DNA from: an uncultured Acidobacteriota bacterium
GTDB lineage: Bacteria > Acidobacteriota > Terriglobia > Terriglobales > Acidobacteriaceae
NCBI GenBank assembly: GCA_963819365.1
Contig: CAWFVY010000005.1
Location: 8,809-72,808, forward strand
DNA: 64,000 bases
Reading direction: 5' to 3'
Part shown: positions 29,563 to 39,541 of the stretch, piece after piece
How the letters are laid out: each line of letters opens with the position of its first letter
Numbering within the stretch: the first letter of the stretch is position 1
Notes under the pieces: model-generated
The model's database searches: none
The model's input: the letters and a program-made list of their open reading frames with translations, nothing else
What the model was told of the DNA's origin: nothing
Position numbers and translations under genes: made by a program

Positions 29563-29621
29563 AACCCAAACTTTTCGAGTTTGGGCATAGTTTGGGCATA
29601 GTCGTGTGATTGAACCCAAAC
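29563..29621. repeat. Putative integrase arm-type binding sites of the att junction
   Basis: Direct repeat AGTTTGGGCAT x2 (29578-29599) flanked by two AACCCAAAC copies (29563, 29613), ~100-150 bp from the crossover. Confidence 0.65.
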
Positions 29622-29716
29622 GGACAGTTTTCGCCGTTTCCTTAAGTCGCAGATTGCGAAAGTCTTATGCGTTTGCGCAACGGAGACTTGGACCTTCGTC
29701 GGGCTCGGTGCCTCTT

Positions 29717-29756
29717 ATTTTAAGTCCGCTGCGTCTGCCAATTTCGCCATCCGGGC
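29717..29756 (-). tRNA. trnL: 5' half of tRNA-Leu(UAA), interrupted at the anticodon loop (att core)
   Basis: GCCCGGATGGCGAAATTGGCAGACGCAGCGGA-CTTAAAA-T gives the acceptor 5' strand, D arm and anticodon loop; the expected CCGC 3' stem is replaced by AAGAGG. Confidence 0.85.
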
Positions 29757-29911
29757 ATGGCTTTGAGGACGGTGATTCTCAGCCTGTCCATGTTCATTCT
29801 ACCCACCACAGAGACGAGATGTGCACGGAGCACGACCTGCTCATGTCGCGACGCGCCGGCTGTGTGGTCGAAAAACCCAACGTGAGGCGAAACGGCCAGG
29901 CGATCCACGCT

Positions 29912-30688
29912 CTATCCGTCCAACTCGCCCGCAGATTCCGGGTCAAGAAAGAGCGTGGCGCCGGGATGGGTGCGCAGGACGGTGGCCGGGCAATCGGTGG
30001 AGACGGGGTCGTGCAAGGCTCGGCGGACAATAGCCGCCTTGCGCATGCCCGGAACCGAGAGGATCAGGCGGGGCACGCGCATCAGCGCAGGAACGGTGAG
30101 CGTGATCGCCGCCTCCGGGACATCCGCGATGTCTGCGAACCAGCCTTCGGCTACCTGCTGCTCGCGGCACATCCGGTCGAGTTCGACAACCTTGGCGTCG
30201 AGCGGGTCAGCGAAATCGGCGACAGGCGGATCGTTGAAGGCCAGATGGCCGTTCTCGCCGATTCCCAGGACGCAGAGTTGCGGTGCGGCGGCGCGGAGTT
30301 GTTCAGCGTAGACGTCTGCGGTCCGCTGAGGGTCGAGCGCGTTGCCGTTGATCTCGTGGAACTGCTTCATAGGCACGAGATTCGTGAGCTTCTCGCGCAT
30401 GTAGCGGCGGAAGGACGCGAGATGATCGACGGGCAGACCGATGTACTCGTCCATGTGGAAGCCAATGATCTGGCGCCAGGGAACGCCTTCGACAGAGATG
30501 AGCGCGGCAAGGGTGCTGATCTGCGACGCCCCGGTGGCGAAGATGACTGCGATGGAGGCGTGGATGGGCTGGAGAGAAACCAGCGTCTCGGCAGCCGCGC
30601 GGGCGGCAGCTTCTCCGGCTGCGTCGCGCGTGGGGTGGATCTCGACGGAGAGCTTATCGAATTTGAGCCGTTTTGGTTCCGGGGGCAT
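29912..30688 (-). CDS. nagB: Glucosamine-6-phosphate deaminase
   Basis: FATGASQ, FHMDEYIGL, LGIGENGHLAFNDP, AITLTVPALM. Confidence 0.9.
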   Translation of the reverse strand: MPPEPKRLKFDKLSVEIHPTRDAAGEAAARAAAETLVSLQPIHASIAVIFATGASQISTLAALISVEGVPWRQIIGFHMDEYIGLPVDHLASFRRYMREKLTNLVPMKQFHEINGNALDPQRTADVYAEQLRAAAPQLCVLGIGENGHLAFNDPPVADFADPLDAKVVELDRMCREQQVAEGWFADIADVPEAAITLTVPALMRVPRLILSVPGMRKAAIVRRALHDPVSTDCPATVLRTHPGATLFLDPESAGELDG

Positions 30689-30818
30689 AAAGCGAGCTAT
30701 TCTCCGGGTTGACGTTATCACAAACGCATCCCGGCGGCGGCCGCAGCCTGCTCAGGTTTGGACTCTCCGGGAGCCGCGCCTGCATCTTTACAGATGGAAG
30801 CGAAATGAGGATCAACGG

Positions 30819-32285
30819 ATGGCACTGAACGAATCCGAACCGCGCATCGAGGATTTACCGATTGGAACCGGGGCCACGGGCGAACGGATCGAAAGCGATT
30901 CGATGGGCAAGATCGCCGTGCCGGCAGACCACTACTGGGGCGCGCAGACCGAACGCTCGCTGCATCATTTTGCAATCGGCACGGATCGAATGCCGATCGA
31001 GGTCTGCCGTGCTTATGGCTACGTAAAGAAGGCGGCGGCGTTGGCAAACGGCGAACTCGGCCTGCTGCCGCGGTGGAAGACGGATCTGATTGCGCGTGTT
31101 TGCGACGAGATCATCCGCGGAGAGCTCGATAGCGAGTTTCAGCTGAAGGTGTGGCAGACAGGCTCAGGCACGCAGACCAACATGAATGTGAATGAGGTGA
31201 TCGGCAATCGCGCCATCCAGCTTGCGGGCGGCGCATTGGGAAGCAAGGAACCGATCCATCCCAACGAGCACGTGAACCTGTCGCAATCGTCGAACGACAC
31301 GTTTCCGGGCGCGATGCACGTCGCCACGGTACTCGCGTTTGATGATCAGCTGATTCCGTCTGTGACTGCACTGAAGGATGCCATCTGGGCCAAGGCGCGC
31401 GAGTGGGTGGACGTAGTGAAGCTCGGCCGCACGCATCTGCAGGATGCAACGCCGCTCACCGTTGGGCAGGAGTGGTCGGGCTATGCCGTGCAGCTCGAGG
31501 ATGCCATCGAGGTGATGGAGGACTCGATGAAGCGCCTGTATCCGCTGGCCATCGGCGGAACCGCGGTCGGAACGGGGCTGAACGCCCCCGCGGATTTCGG
31601 GACGAAAGTGGCGGCGGAGATCGCCCGCATGACCGGCCGTCCGTTCATCACGGCGCGCAATAAATTCGCCGCGCAGGCCTCGCTGGATCCAATGGTGAAC
31701 GCCAGCGCGGCCCTGCGGATGCTGGCGGTCGCGCTGATGAAGATTGCCAACGATCTGCGCTGGCTGGGGTCGGGCCCGCGAGCAGGTCTGCACGAGCTGG
31801 TCCTGCCGGAGAACGAGCCCGGCAGCTCCATCATGCCGGGCAAGGTCAATCCCACGCAGCAGGAAGCCATGGTGATGGTGTGCATCCAGGTGATCGCGAA
31901 CGACACGGCCGTGGCCTTCGCAGGATCGCAGGGCAACTTCGAGCTGAATGCGATGCGGCCCATCGTCATCTGGAACGTCTTGCAGTCGGCGCGGCTTCTG
32001 ACGGACGCATGCAGCCGGCTTCGCGAGTTTGGCATCGAGGGCATCACGCTTGATCGCGATCGGATTCAGCGCTACGTCAACGACTCGCTGATGCTGGTCA
32101 CGGCCTTGAGCCCGGTGATCGGATACGACAAGGCCGCGCAGATTGCGCACAGTGCCATGGAGGAGAACCTGACCCTGCGCGAGGCGGCGCTGAAAAGCGG
32201 ATTCATCCGTGCCGAGGAGTTCGACAAGGTTGTCGATCCATCAAAACTGGTGGGCAACCCGCACGCGGACCTTGGACTTTCTTAG
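30819..32285 (+). CDS. fumC: Class II fumarate hydratase
   Basis: ESDSMG..VPADHYWGAQT, WQTGSGTQTNMN, GRTHLQDATP, signature GSSIMPGKVNPTQ. Confidence 0.96.
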   Translation: MALNESEPRIEDLPIGTGATGERIESDSMGKIAVPADHYWGAQTERSLHHFAIGTDRMPIEVCRAYGYVKKAAALANGELGLLPRWKTDLIARVCDEIIRGELDSEFQLKVWQTGSGTQTNMNVNEVIGNRAIQLAGGALGSKEPIHPNEHVNLSQSSNDTFPGAMHVATVLAFDDQLIPSVTALKDAIWAKAREWVDVVKLGRTHLQDATPLTVGQEWSGYAVQLEDAIEVMEDSMKRLYPLAIGGTAVGTGLNAPADFGTKVAAEIARMTGRPFITARNKFAAQASLDPMVNASAALRMLAVALMKIANDLRWLGSGPRAGLHELVLPENEPGSSIMPGKVNPTQQEAMVMVCIQVIANDTAVAFAGSQGNFELNAMRPIVIWNVLQSARLLTDACSRLREFGIEGITLDRDRIQRYVNDSLMLVTALSPVIGYDKAAQIAHSAMEENLTLREAALKSGFIRAEEFDKVVDPSKLVGNPHADLGLS

Positions 32286-32396
32286 AGTGCGTAAAAAAAC
32301 CTCTTCGGGGCCGTGGACGCCGTCGGCGCAGACCCTGCCGCTGGCTGGTTTTCAAACGTTCGGTGATACACTTCGCTCGGGGAAAACGACGAAACC

Positions 32397-32924
32397 ATGA
32401 AACCGCCATCGAACGTCAAGACGCCAGCGCAATACATCGCCTCACTCCCCGCCGATCGTGCGAAGACGATCGCGACGGTGCGCGCCCTCGTGAACAAGCA
32501 CATTCCGCGCGGCTACGATGAGTGCCTCGTCTGGGGCACGATCGGCTGGGCGATTCCCCTGTCTCGATATCCAGACACTTACAACAAGCAGCCGATCACC
32601 TACGTCGCGCTCTCGTCGCAGAAGAACTACTGCTCGCTCTACCTGATGGGCGCGTTTTGGAGTGCGACTCAGCTCGAGCAGCTGAAGGCGGAGTTCAAGG
32701 CGGCGGGGAAGAAGCTCGACATGGGGAAGTGTTGCGTTCATTTCGAGTCGCCGGACGATTTGCCGCTCGAAGCGATTGGCAAGCTGATCTCGGCAATTTC
32801 GAGCGAGAAGTGGATCGAGATGTACGAACAAACGCGCTTGATGACCAAGGCGGGGCAGGCGCAGAAGGCGAAGCAAGGCGCCCCAGCGGCGAGCAAGGCG
32901 TCCGCCAGGCGCGCCCGCTCCTAA
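32397..32924 (+). CDS. DUF1801/YdhG-like protein
   Basis: YIASLP.DR, LSSQKNYCSLY, KKLDMGKCCVHF. Confidence 0.8.
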   Translation: MKPPSNVKTPAQYIASLPADRAKTIATVRALVNKHIPRGYDECLVWGTIGWAIPLSRYPDTYNKQPITYVALSSQKNYCSLYLMGAFWSATQLEQLKAEFKAAGKKLDMGKCCVHFESPDDLPLEAIGKLISAISSEKWIEMYEQTRLMTKAGQAQKAKQGAPAASKASARRARS

Positions 32925-33000
32925 GAGGAGAACGAGCCCCGCCTGAGCGCACATGCGTGAACCCTGAACAGCGGGTCCACCCAACGGCAAAAGCCTTGAC

Positions 33001-33264
33001 CTATTGCGGATTGCGGAAGCAGATGTTCTCGCCCTGAAGCTGGTACTCGGCAGAGCAGAAGTCGCCGCCGCAGATCATGGGTTCGCAGCCGCAGAGCTGC
33101 CGGCGCGTGATCAGCCCCATGGTTCCGCAGCGCGGACACGACATGACGGCGACGTAAGGGTTTTGGGCATTCCCCAGCGAGGTCTGGTTTTCGAGAACGA
33201 AAACCGTGCCGGGGTCCATTCTCTCGGGGATCCATTCTTCCAGAAACTGCAAGTCGGCTGACAT
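33001..33264 (-). CDS. Small Cys-rich (Zn-ribbon-like) hypothetical protein
   Basis: CPRC...CGGDFC; preceded by RBS GGAGGG. Confidence 0.65.
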   Translation of the reverse strand: MSADLQFLEEWIPERMDPGTVFVLENQTSLGNAQNPYVAVMSCPRCGTMGLITRRQLCGCEPMICGGDFCSAEYQLQGENICFRNPQ

Positions 33265-33539
33265 CCTGCCCTCCAAGGGTTGAGATGCAAGCAAGCCGAT
33301 GCGATGATCCGCGCCGACTCCGTTGTAGCAACACGAGCAGCTGCGAGAGTCAACCCGGAGATTGGACGCTTCCGGGTCGAAAACAGTGTTGCCCGGCCCG
33401 CAGGTTTCGTCAATGAGAATCGCATGAGGGGAGTGCCGATATGGATTCCTCTATCGGATATTCAGGTTTGGGACGCCAGTTTGGCCCCAAAGACGAAACG
33501 GGCTCGCCGAGGGCCAATCCGCCCCTCGATCCCTAAAAA

Positions 33540-35901
33540 TCACTGCTTGCGTGAAGCAATCCCAGCCTTGGCCTGTGCGGTTGCCGCAGCATCAATGCCG
33601 CGATAGATCTCCTCGTTGCGGAGAATTGCCTGGACATAATCACGGGTCTGCGTGAACGGAATCGACTCCACGAATTCATCCATACCGCGATACGGGCCCG
33701 CGGCCTGCCAGTCCACCACGCGCGAGTCGCCTGCGTTATAGGCGGCAAGCGCATACTCCTGCACCCCGCCGAATTTATCCAGCATCTGACGCAGATAGCG
33801 CGTGCCAAGCCGGATGTTTGTCTCAGGATTCAGAAGTTGATAGGTCTGGAAGCCCGAGATGCCTTCCTGGCGCGCCAGCGACTTGCCCACGCTTGGCTCG
33901 ATCTGCATCAGGCCGTACGCATTGGCGTAGGAGATGACAGTGGGGTTGAATTCTGATTCCTGCCGGATCAACGAAGCCACTAGATAAGGATCGAGGCCGT
34001 TCTTTGCGCTCTCGGCCTTGATCGTGTCCCACCACGCCTCCGGGAAGAGAATGCGCCAGTACGCCAGCGGAATCGATTTGATGGGAGCCGAAGTGGCGAA
34101 CGGCAGGGCCTTCTTCAGCGACCGCATGGCGCGATACGTCTCGCCAAACGACGCGTAGATCTGCGCCTCGGCCAGCGCGCCCCACGATGCATAGTCAGGA
34201 TCGGCTGCCAGCTCCTGGCCAATGAACTCATTGAGGCCGGCGTTGGCAATGAGCCGCGCCTTGGCGATGTGCGGCGAGTCGGCCGGGAACGTATCGACCA
34301 GGTGCGGCACCGGCGGGGGCTCGTAGCCGTCTATGCGCTGCGAGACCAACTCCGGCTGCCCCAGAACCTTCAGGCGTTCACGCGACATCTGCGCGTAGAA
34401 GTAATGCTGATAGCGCGAGACAACGGCGCGATAGTTCGTCGTGGCCAGAGCAGGCTTGTGGTCCTGCATCTCGTAGAGGCGGCCGCGCCAGTAGAGAGCC
34501 GCAGCCCGTTCCGTGTCGTCGGGAAAGAGCTTGATCTGCTCATCGAAAATTCGCGCGGCGTCAGCAAAGTTGCCCTCGCGATACAGGAGCCAGCCCGCGC
34601 GCCAGTGGGCGGCGGCGGAATTCTTGTTCGTGGGAAAGTGCAACGCGAGATAGGAGTAGTAGCCGATGGCCTGGGGGTAATCGCGACGCAACATATACAT
34701 GTTGCCGCTTGAGAAGAGCGCCTCGGCCAGCCACTGGCTCTGCGGGAACCGCTGCTTGAGATCCTCAACCATCTGCTGCTGCGCGCCATCATTCTGGGCG
34801 CTGCGGGCCAGTTCCATCAGCAGGTAGAGACGCCGCGCGCCATTATCGTCGTTCGTCTCAGGGAGTGCGCGGGCCTGCGCTTCAGTCAGCCTCTTGAGCT
34901 TGAGGTCGCATGCCGCTGCCGCCACCGCAAATCCATTGCGGACGCTCGCTTCGATCTGCGTGTTACGGGCCAGCGCATGGTACTGCTCTGACGCAAGCTG
35001 ATACCGGCCCGCGTTGTAGTAGGCATCCGCCAGGCTGCGCAGTTCGGCGGGAGTCAGGCTGCTCTCGGCGCCCATCGAGGTAAGGCGGGCCCGGGCCACC
35101 TCGGCTTCCGGGCTAAGCGGGTGGCTGAGCAACAGGTGTTTGAACAGCCGCAGCGCCTCGTCATTCAGCTGGATGGAGTAGGCGATTTTAGCCGCGGTCA
35201 GCTCGTAGTTCGGTTTGTCGCGGGCGACGTCCGCAACCGTGAGTAGCGCGCGCTGGGCGGCCGTAGCATCGCCCTGGGCCAGCAGCACATTCGCTTCGAG
35301 TTCCGGGGCTTCCACTTCGAAGATGCTGTCCGGGTAGCGGTCATTGAAGCCCTTCAGGAGGGCCTTAGCCGCGCTTTCGTTCTGCTGAGCGTGGAGACAC
35401 TCAGCAGCAAGGAAATCGGCATAGTCTCCCAGCACATCGCTGCGCCTCTTCACCTGCTCGAATGCCGAAACGGCATCGGCGTAACGCTTGTCGTCCTGGT
35501 AGGCGCGCCCCAGTGAAAGGTACGCTGCCGCGGCGGCGTCGCCGGTGTGGCGCTGCGCAAAGCCGTTAACGCCGGCGTAGGCGGCCGGGGTGCGCATGGT
35601 CTGGAGCTGCGTGGCCATGGGCCGCAGTTCCGACGACGCAACAAATGCCTGCTTCAGCCGGGCAGTCCGCGCGCGGCGCTCCGCGGGCGTGCCGCGATGG
35701 CTCGTCCTGCGAGCGGTGGATTTGGAGGATTTTCTTCTTGGTCGTAGAAGTGTGTTTCTTTGTCGTGGAACCGGCAGCACTACTCGAGCCTTGTCCTGAG
35801 ATGGGGACCGCGGCAACCAGCAGACAAATCAATCCAGCCAGGCAGGCCTTACCAAGCCTGGAGGGAAAAATCGGGGAAATGCATACCCTCATATATTCCA
35901 C
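33540..35901 (-). CDS. slt: Soluble lytic murein transglycosylase with TPR repeats (N-terminal frameshift)
   Basis: IRQESEFNP...AYGLMQ, ALAAYNAG, ESIPFTQTRDYV; signal peptide in the 35566-35901 frame. Confidence 0.88.
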
Positions 35902-36089
35902 TCTATGACGGATTTGCCCGGCGCGACAGCGTCACGCATCATGGCAGTCACTTCCCGCCGGTTTGGGAGCAACTTCCCGGCATGGGAATGTGGCTCCCGC
36001 TCCGCGATTCGGTCCTTTAGAATGAGGGGAGCGGAGCCTGACTCCCCGGAACAAATCAACCGGCCCGCGGAATTGCGCAACCAACTCGC

Positions 36090-36734
36090 ATGGCGACCAT
36101 CCAACCCATAGCAGGAGAGAACGAGCAGCATCCCGACGTAGCCCTTGTTGAAAGGGTACGCGCCGGTGATGTCTCGGCCTACGACGAACTGGTCCGCAAA
36201 TACGAGCGGCAGGTCTTCCGGATTGCGCTGCGAATTACGCAGAATCGGGAGGATGCCGAAGACGTTACGCAGGACGCGTTCGTCAAAGGATTCGAAAAGC
36301 TCGATCAGTTCCAGGGGAACTCGAAGTTCTACACATGGTTAGTTCGAATCGCAGTCAACGAGAGCCTGATGCGGTTGCGCAAGCGGCGCACAGGCAAGAT
36401 GGTCTCAATCGACGAGGACGTCGAGACGGACGAGGGCAGCGTGCCTCGCGATCTTGCCGACTGGGCCCCCGATCCCGAGCAGAACTACAGCCAGGCCGAG
36501 TTACACAAGATCCTGGAGAAGACCATCAAAGGACTACCGCCCGGATTTCGGGTCGTATTCGAGCTGCGCGACGTGCAGGGACTCTCGACGGAGGAGACCG
36601 CCGAGGCGCTCGGACTCAGTATTCCCGCTGTAAAATCAAGGCTTTTGCGCGCACGGCTGCAACTGCGCGAACGGCTCACCCGCTACTTCAAGCGCAAGCG
36701 GGCGGCCGCAACTCAAGATGGACGAAGGGGTTAG
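36090..36734 (+). CDS. rpoE: ECF RNA polymerase sigma factor (sigma-24/RpoE-like)
   Basis: DAEDVTQDAF, KFYTWLVRIAVN, region 4 EETAEALGLSIPAVKSRLLRAR. Confidence 0.9.
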   Translation: MATIQPIAGENEQHPDVALVERVRAGDVSAYDELVRKYERQVFRIALRITQNREDAEDVTQDAFVKGFEKLDQFQGNSKFYTWLVRIAVNESLMRLRKRRTGKMVSIDEDVETDEGSVPRDLADWAPDPEQNYSQAELHKILEKTIKGLPPGFRVVFELRDVQGLSTEETAEALGLSIPAVKSRLLRARLQLRERLTRYFKRKRAAATQDGRRG

Positions 36735-36738
36735 AGAA

Positions 36739-36975
36739 ATGACCTGCACCGAGTTTCTTGCCCTGCTCGACGATATGCTCGACGACGCCATCCAACCGGG
36801 GCTGCGTGCGCAGTTGCAGGAGCACCTGGAATCCTGCGATCACTGCGAAGTCACCCTCAGCACCACCCGCAAGACCATACAGATCTACCGCTCCAACCAG
36901 ATCTACGAAATGCCTCCCGGCCTGCGCGAGCGGCTGCACGCGGCCATCATGGCGCGGTGCAAAAAGGGCTGCTGA
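36739..36975 (+). CDS. Zinc-binding anti-sigma factor (zf-HC2)
   Basis: MTC...EHLESCDHC (HxxxCxxC) directly after the sigma gene. Confidence 0.88.
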   Translation: MTCTEFLALLDDMLDDAIQPGLRAQLQEHLESCDHCEVTLSTTRKTIQIYRSNQIYEMPPGLRERLHAAIMARCKKGC

Positions 36976-37038
36976 CCCGGTTCCCAACCCCGCCGCGCCA
37001 TAGACGAAATTGGATGGAGTTCAGGCCGTGCGGTTTGG

Positions 37039-39405
37039 ATGGTACATGTGCACCGACAGACTCCGCTGCCCATCGATTCCCTGCTCCCCGAAATTGTCGC
37101 GTCTCTCGCCCGCACCCCAAACCTCGTCATCGAAGCGGAACCCGGCGCAGGAAAAACCACGCGCGTTCCCCCGGCGCTCCTGCACACGGTCAGCGGAGAT
37201 GTTCTGGTGCTGGAACCGCGCCGCATCGCCGCCCGCCTAGCTGCAAAACGCGTGGCGTGGGAGTTGAACGAGGAACTGGGGCAGACCGTCGGCTACCAGG
37301 TCCGGTTCGAGCGCGTTGCCGGCCCCACGACCCGCCTGCACTTCCTCACCGAAGGCGTACTCACGCGGCGGCTCCTCTCCGATCCCGATCTGAAAGGAGT
37401 GGATGCCATTGTTCTCGATGAGTTCCACGAGCGGCACCTCGAGAGCGACCTGGCGCTGGCGTTGCTGAGACGCCTGCAGCAGAGACGTCCTGCGCTGCGC
37501 ATCGTCGTAATGTCAGCCACGCTGGACGCCGGGCCTGTTGCGCGCTTTCTGGGCGAGTGCCCGGTGCTGCAGTCGTCGGGAAGACTCTTCGACCTCTCCG
37601 TCGAATACACCGAGTACTCCTCCACCCCGCTGCACGATCAGGTGAAAGATGCGCTGGAACGCGTGCTGCGCGAGCCCGATGCGGGTGAGGTTCTTGTATT
37701 CCTGCCGGGTGCGGCGGAGATTCGGCGCGCGGCTGCCGCATGCAACGGGCCGGCGCGCGCGTTCAACCGTCTGGTGCTGCCGTTATATGGAGACCTGCCG
37801 GCCGCCGAGCAGGATCGCGCCGTGGGCCCTGCGGCGCAGCCCAAGGTGATCCTCTCCACCAACGTTGCGGAGAGCTCGATCACGATTGACGGCGTAAGAA
37901 CGGTGATCGACAGCGGCCTTGCGCGCATTGCGAGCTACTCCCCCTGGACGGGCTTGCCGACGCTGAGCGTGAGTCGCGTCAGCAAAGCGTCCGCCAAGCA
38001 ACGAGCAGGTCGCGCCGCGCGAACCGCGCCGGGCCGCGTGATCCATTTGTATTCGCAGATGGATTACCAGGGCCGCGCCGATTTCGAAACGCCGGAGATT
38101 CTGCGCAGCGACCTGACGCAGATGTGCCTGGCGCTGCGTGCCATGGGGATTCGCGACCTCAATGAAATCGAGTGGCTCGATGCTCCGCCCGCTGATGCAG
38201 CGGAGCATGCGGATCGCCTTCTGGAGCGGCTCATCACGCCTGAAGTGGACGCGCGCGCCCTGATGCGCCTGCCTCTGCATCCGCGCTTGTCGCGGATGAT
38301 TGAGGCCGCGGCAGACAAGGGCGCGGGCCACGCTGCCTGCGTGGCTGCAGCGATTCTGGCGTCGGGCGAGCGCGTCTTGCACAACGATCTGCTCGAGGCG
38401 CTCGATGAGCCGCTCGGCACTTCGGCACAGCAGCAGTTGCGGCATATGTTGCGCATCGTAAAGCCGCATGGGCCGACGAAACATGACGACGATGCGCTGC
38501 TGCAGGCGGTGCTGCTGGGGTTTCCCGATCGTGTTGCGCAGTGCAAAAGTGGCAACCAGGTGATGCTCGCCAACGGCAGGGCCGTGGAAATTGTAGGCAA
38601 ACCGCCATCCTCGCAGTTGCTTGTGGCGCTCGATGCGGAAGACCGCACGGAGAAGCCCCTGCCGCAGGTTCGGCTGTTCGCCCGCATGGAGCCGGAGTGG
38701 CTTCTCGATCATTTTCCCGAGCACGTCTGCGAAGAAACCGCAGTGTTGTGGAATCGGCAGGCGGAGCGCGTCGATGCGGTGAGCCGGCTGGTCTACGGCG
38801 AGTTAGTGTTACAGGAATCGAACCGCCCGCCGGATGCGAACGACGCGGCCGCGCTTCTGGCGGAGAAAGCGCTGGAAGCGGGAATCGCACGCTTCGTAGA
38901 CGAAGAGATGCTCGAGGATCTTGCGGGCAGGCTTGAGTTCGCGGGCCATGAGGCCACGGAGATTCGTGAAAGCTTCAAGGAGTTTTGCGTCGGACGGCGC
39001 AGCTTTGCGGAGTTGAAGAAAGACGGCGCGAGTTTTGTGCCGTGGCTGGAGCAGCAACTGGAGCCGCACGTACTGCGCCAAGATGCGCCGCGCAGTGTTC
39101 GTCTGAAAGGCGGACGGCAGGTGAAGATTCACTATCAGCCGGGAAAAACTCCGTGGATCGCATCGCGTCTCCAGGATTTCTTCGGAATGGACGAAACGCC
39201 GCGCATCGGTCCACGACGCGTGCCGGTGGTGACGCATCTGCTTGCGCCCAATCAGCGACCGGTGCAGACGACCACGGATCTGGCCGGATTCTGGGAGCGG
39301 CTCTATCCGCAGGTGCGCCGCGAGTTGATGCGCCGCTATCCAAAACACGCATGGCCCGAGAATCATGGAAGATTACGCCAGGACGCTATGAGCCGGCTAA
39401 CTTGA
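37039..39405 (+). CDS. hrpB: ATP-dependent helicase HrpB
   Basis: AEPGAGKTT, LDEFHER, MSAT, QRAGRAAR, C-terminal LLAPNQRPVQTTTDLAGFW...RYPKHAWPE. Confidence 0.95.
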   Translation: MVHVHRQTPLPIDSLLPEIVASLARTPNLVIEAEPGAGKTTRVPPALLHTVSGDVLVLEPRRIAARLAAKRVAWELNEELGQTVGYQVRFERVAGPTTRLHFLTEGVLTRRLLSDPDLKGVDAIVLDEFHERHLESDLALALLRRLQQRRPALRIVVMSATLDAGPVARFLGECPVLQSSGRLFDLSVEYTEYSSTPLHDQVKDALERVLREPDAGEVLVFLPGAAEIRRAAAACNGPARAFNRLVLPLYGDLPAAEQDRAVGPAAQPKVILSTNVAESSITIDGVRTVIDSGLARIASYSPWTGLPTLSVSRVSKASAKQRAGRAARTAPGRVIHLYSQMDYQGRADFETPEILRSDLTQMCLALRAMGIRDLNEIEWLDAPPADAAEHADRLLERLITPEVDARALMRLPLHPRLSRMIEAAADKGAGHAACVAAAILASGERVLHNDLLEALDEPLGTSAQQQLRHMLRIVKPHGPTKHDDDALLQAVLLGFPDRVAQCKSGNQVMLANGRAVEIVGKPPSSQLLVALDAEDRTEKPLPQVRLFARMEPEWLLDHFPEHVCEETAVLWNRQAERVDAVSRLVYGELVLQESNRPPDANDAAALLAEKALEAGIARFVDEEMLEDLAGRLEFAGHEATEIRESFKEFCVGRRSFAELKKDGASFVPWLEQQLEPHVLRQDAPRSVRLKGGRQVKIHYQPGKTPWIASRLQDFFGMDETPRIGPRRVPVVTHLLAPNQRPVQTTTDLAGFWERLYPQVRRELMRRYPKHAWPENHGRLRQDAMSRLT

Positions 39406-39541
39406 GTTAGACCAAAACCCCGCCGACAAATGAGACACGCGGCATTCCTGAGCATTCCCTCGCCAACCTGAGCCTACCCTCCCCACCCGAAATGACAAAT
39501 GAAAGACATGTCGCTGACAAACATCGCCTTATGCTGTTCGT

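Larger units (their letters stand above)
1..29724. mobile_element. Integrative conjugative element (right end at tRNA-Leu anticodon loop; left end beyond window)
   Basis: Contiguous int/xis, T4SS (VirB4, VirD4, VirB10 etc.), relaxase, primase and ssb, nearly all on the minus strand. Ends at an interrupted tRNA-Leu with arm-type repeats; housekeeping genes (nagB, fumC) start immediately after. Confidence 0.92.

Noticed and set aside
29400-29717. Group I intron in tRNA-Leu(UAA), as in cyanobacteria
   Set aside because: No recognisable P/Q/R/S core and no 3' exon within intron distance; the DNA instead has arm-type repeats and leads into xis-int.
29606-30712. Long antisense ORFs (also 16753-17526, 18100-19053, 31164-32150, 37783-38724, 56291-57256, 58973-60064)
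   Set aside because: They are shadows of well-supported opposite-strand genes in GC-rich DNA and have no recognisable motifs.
30441-30818. 126-aa N-terminal extension of fumC
   Set aside because: It overlaps nagB on the opposite strand; ATG 30819 has an RBS (GAGGA) and gives a normal-length FumC.
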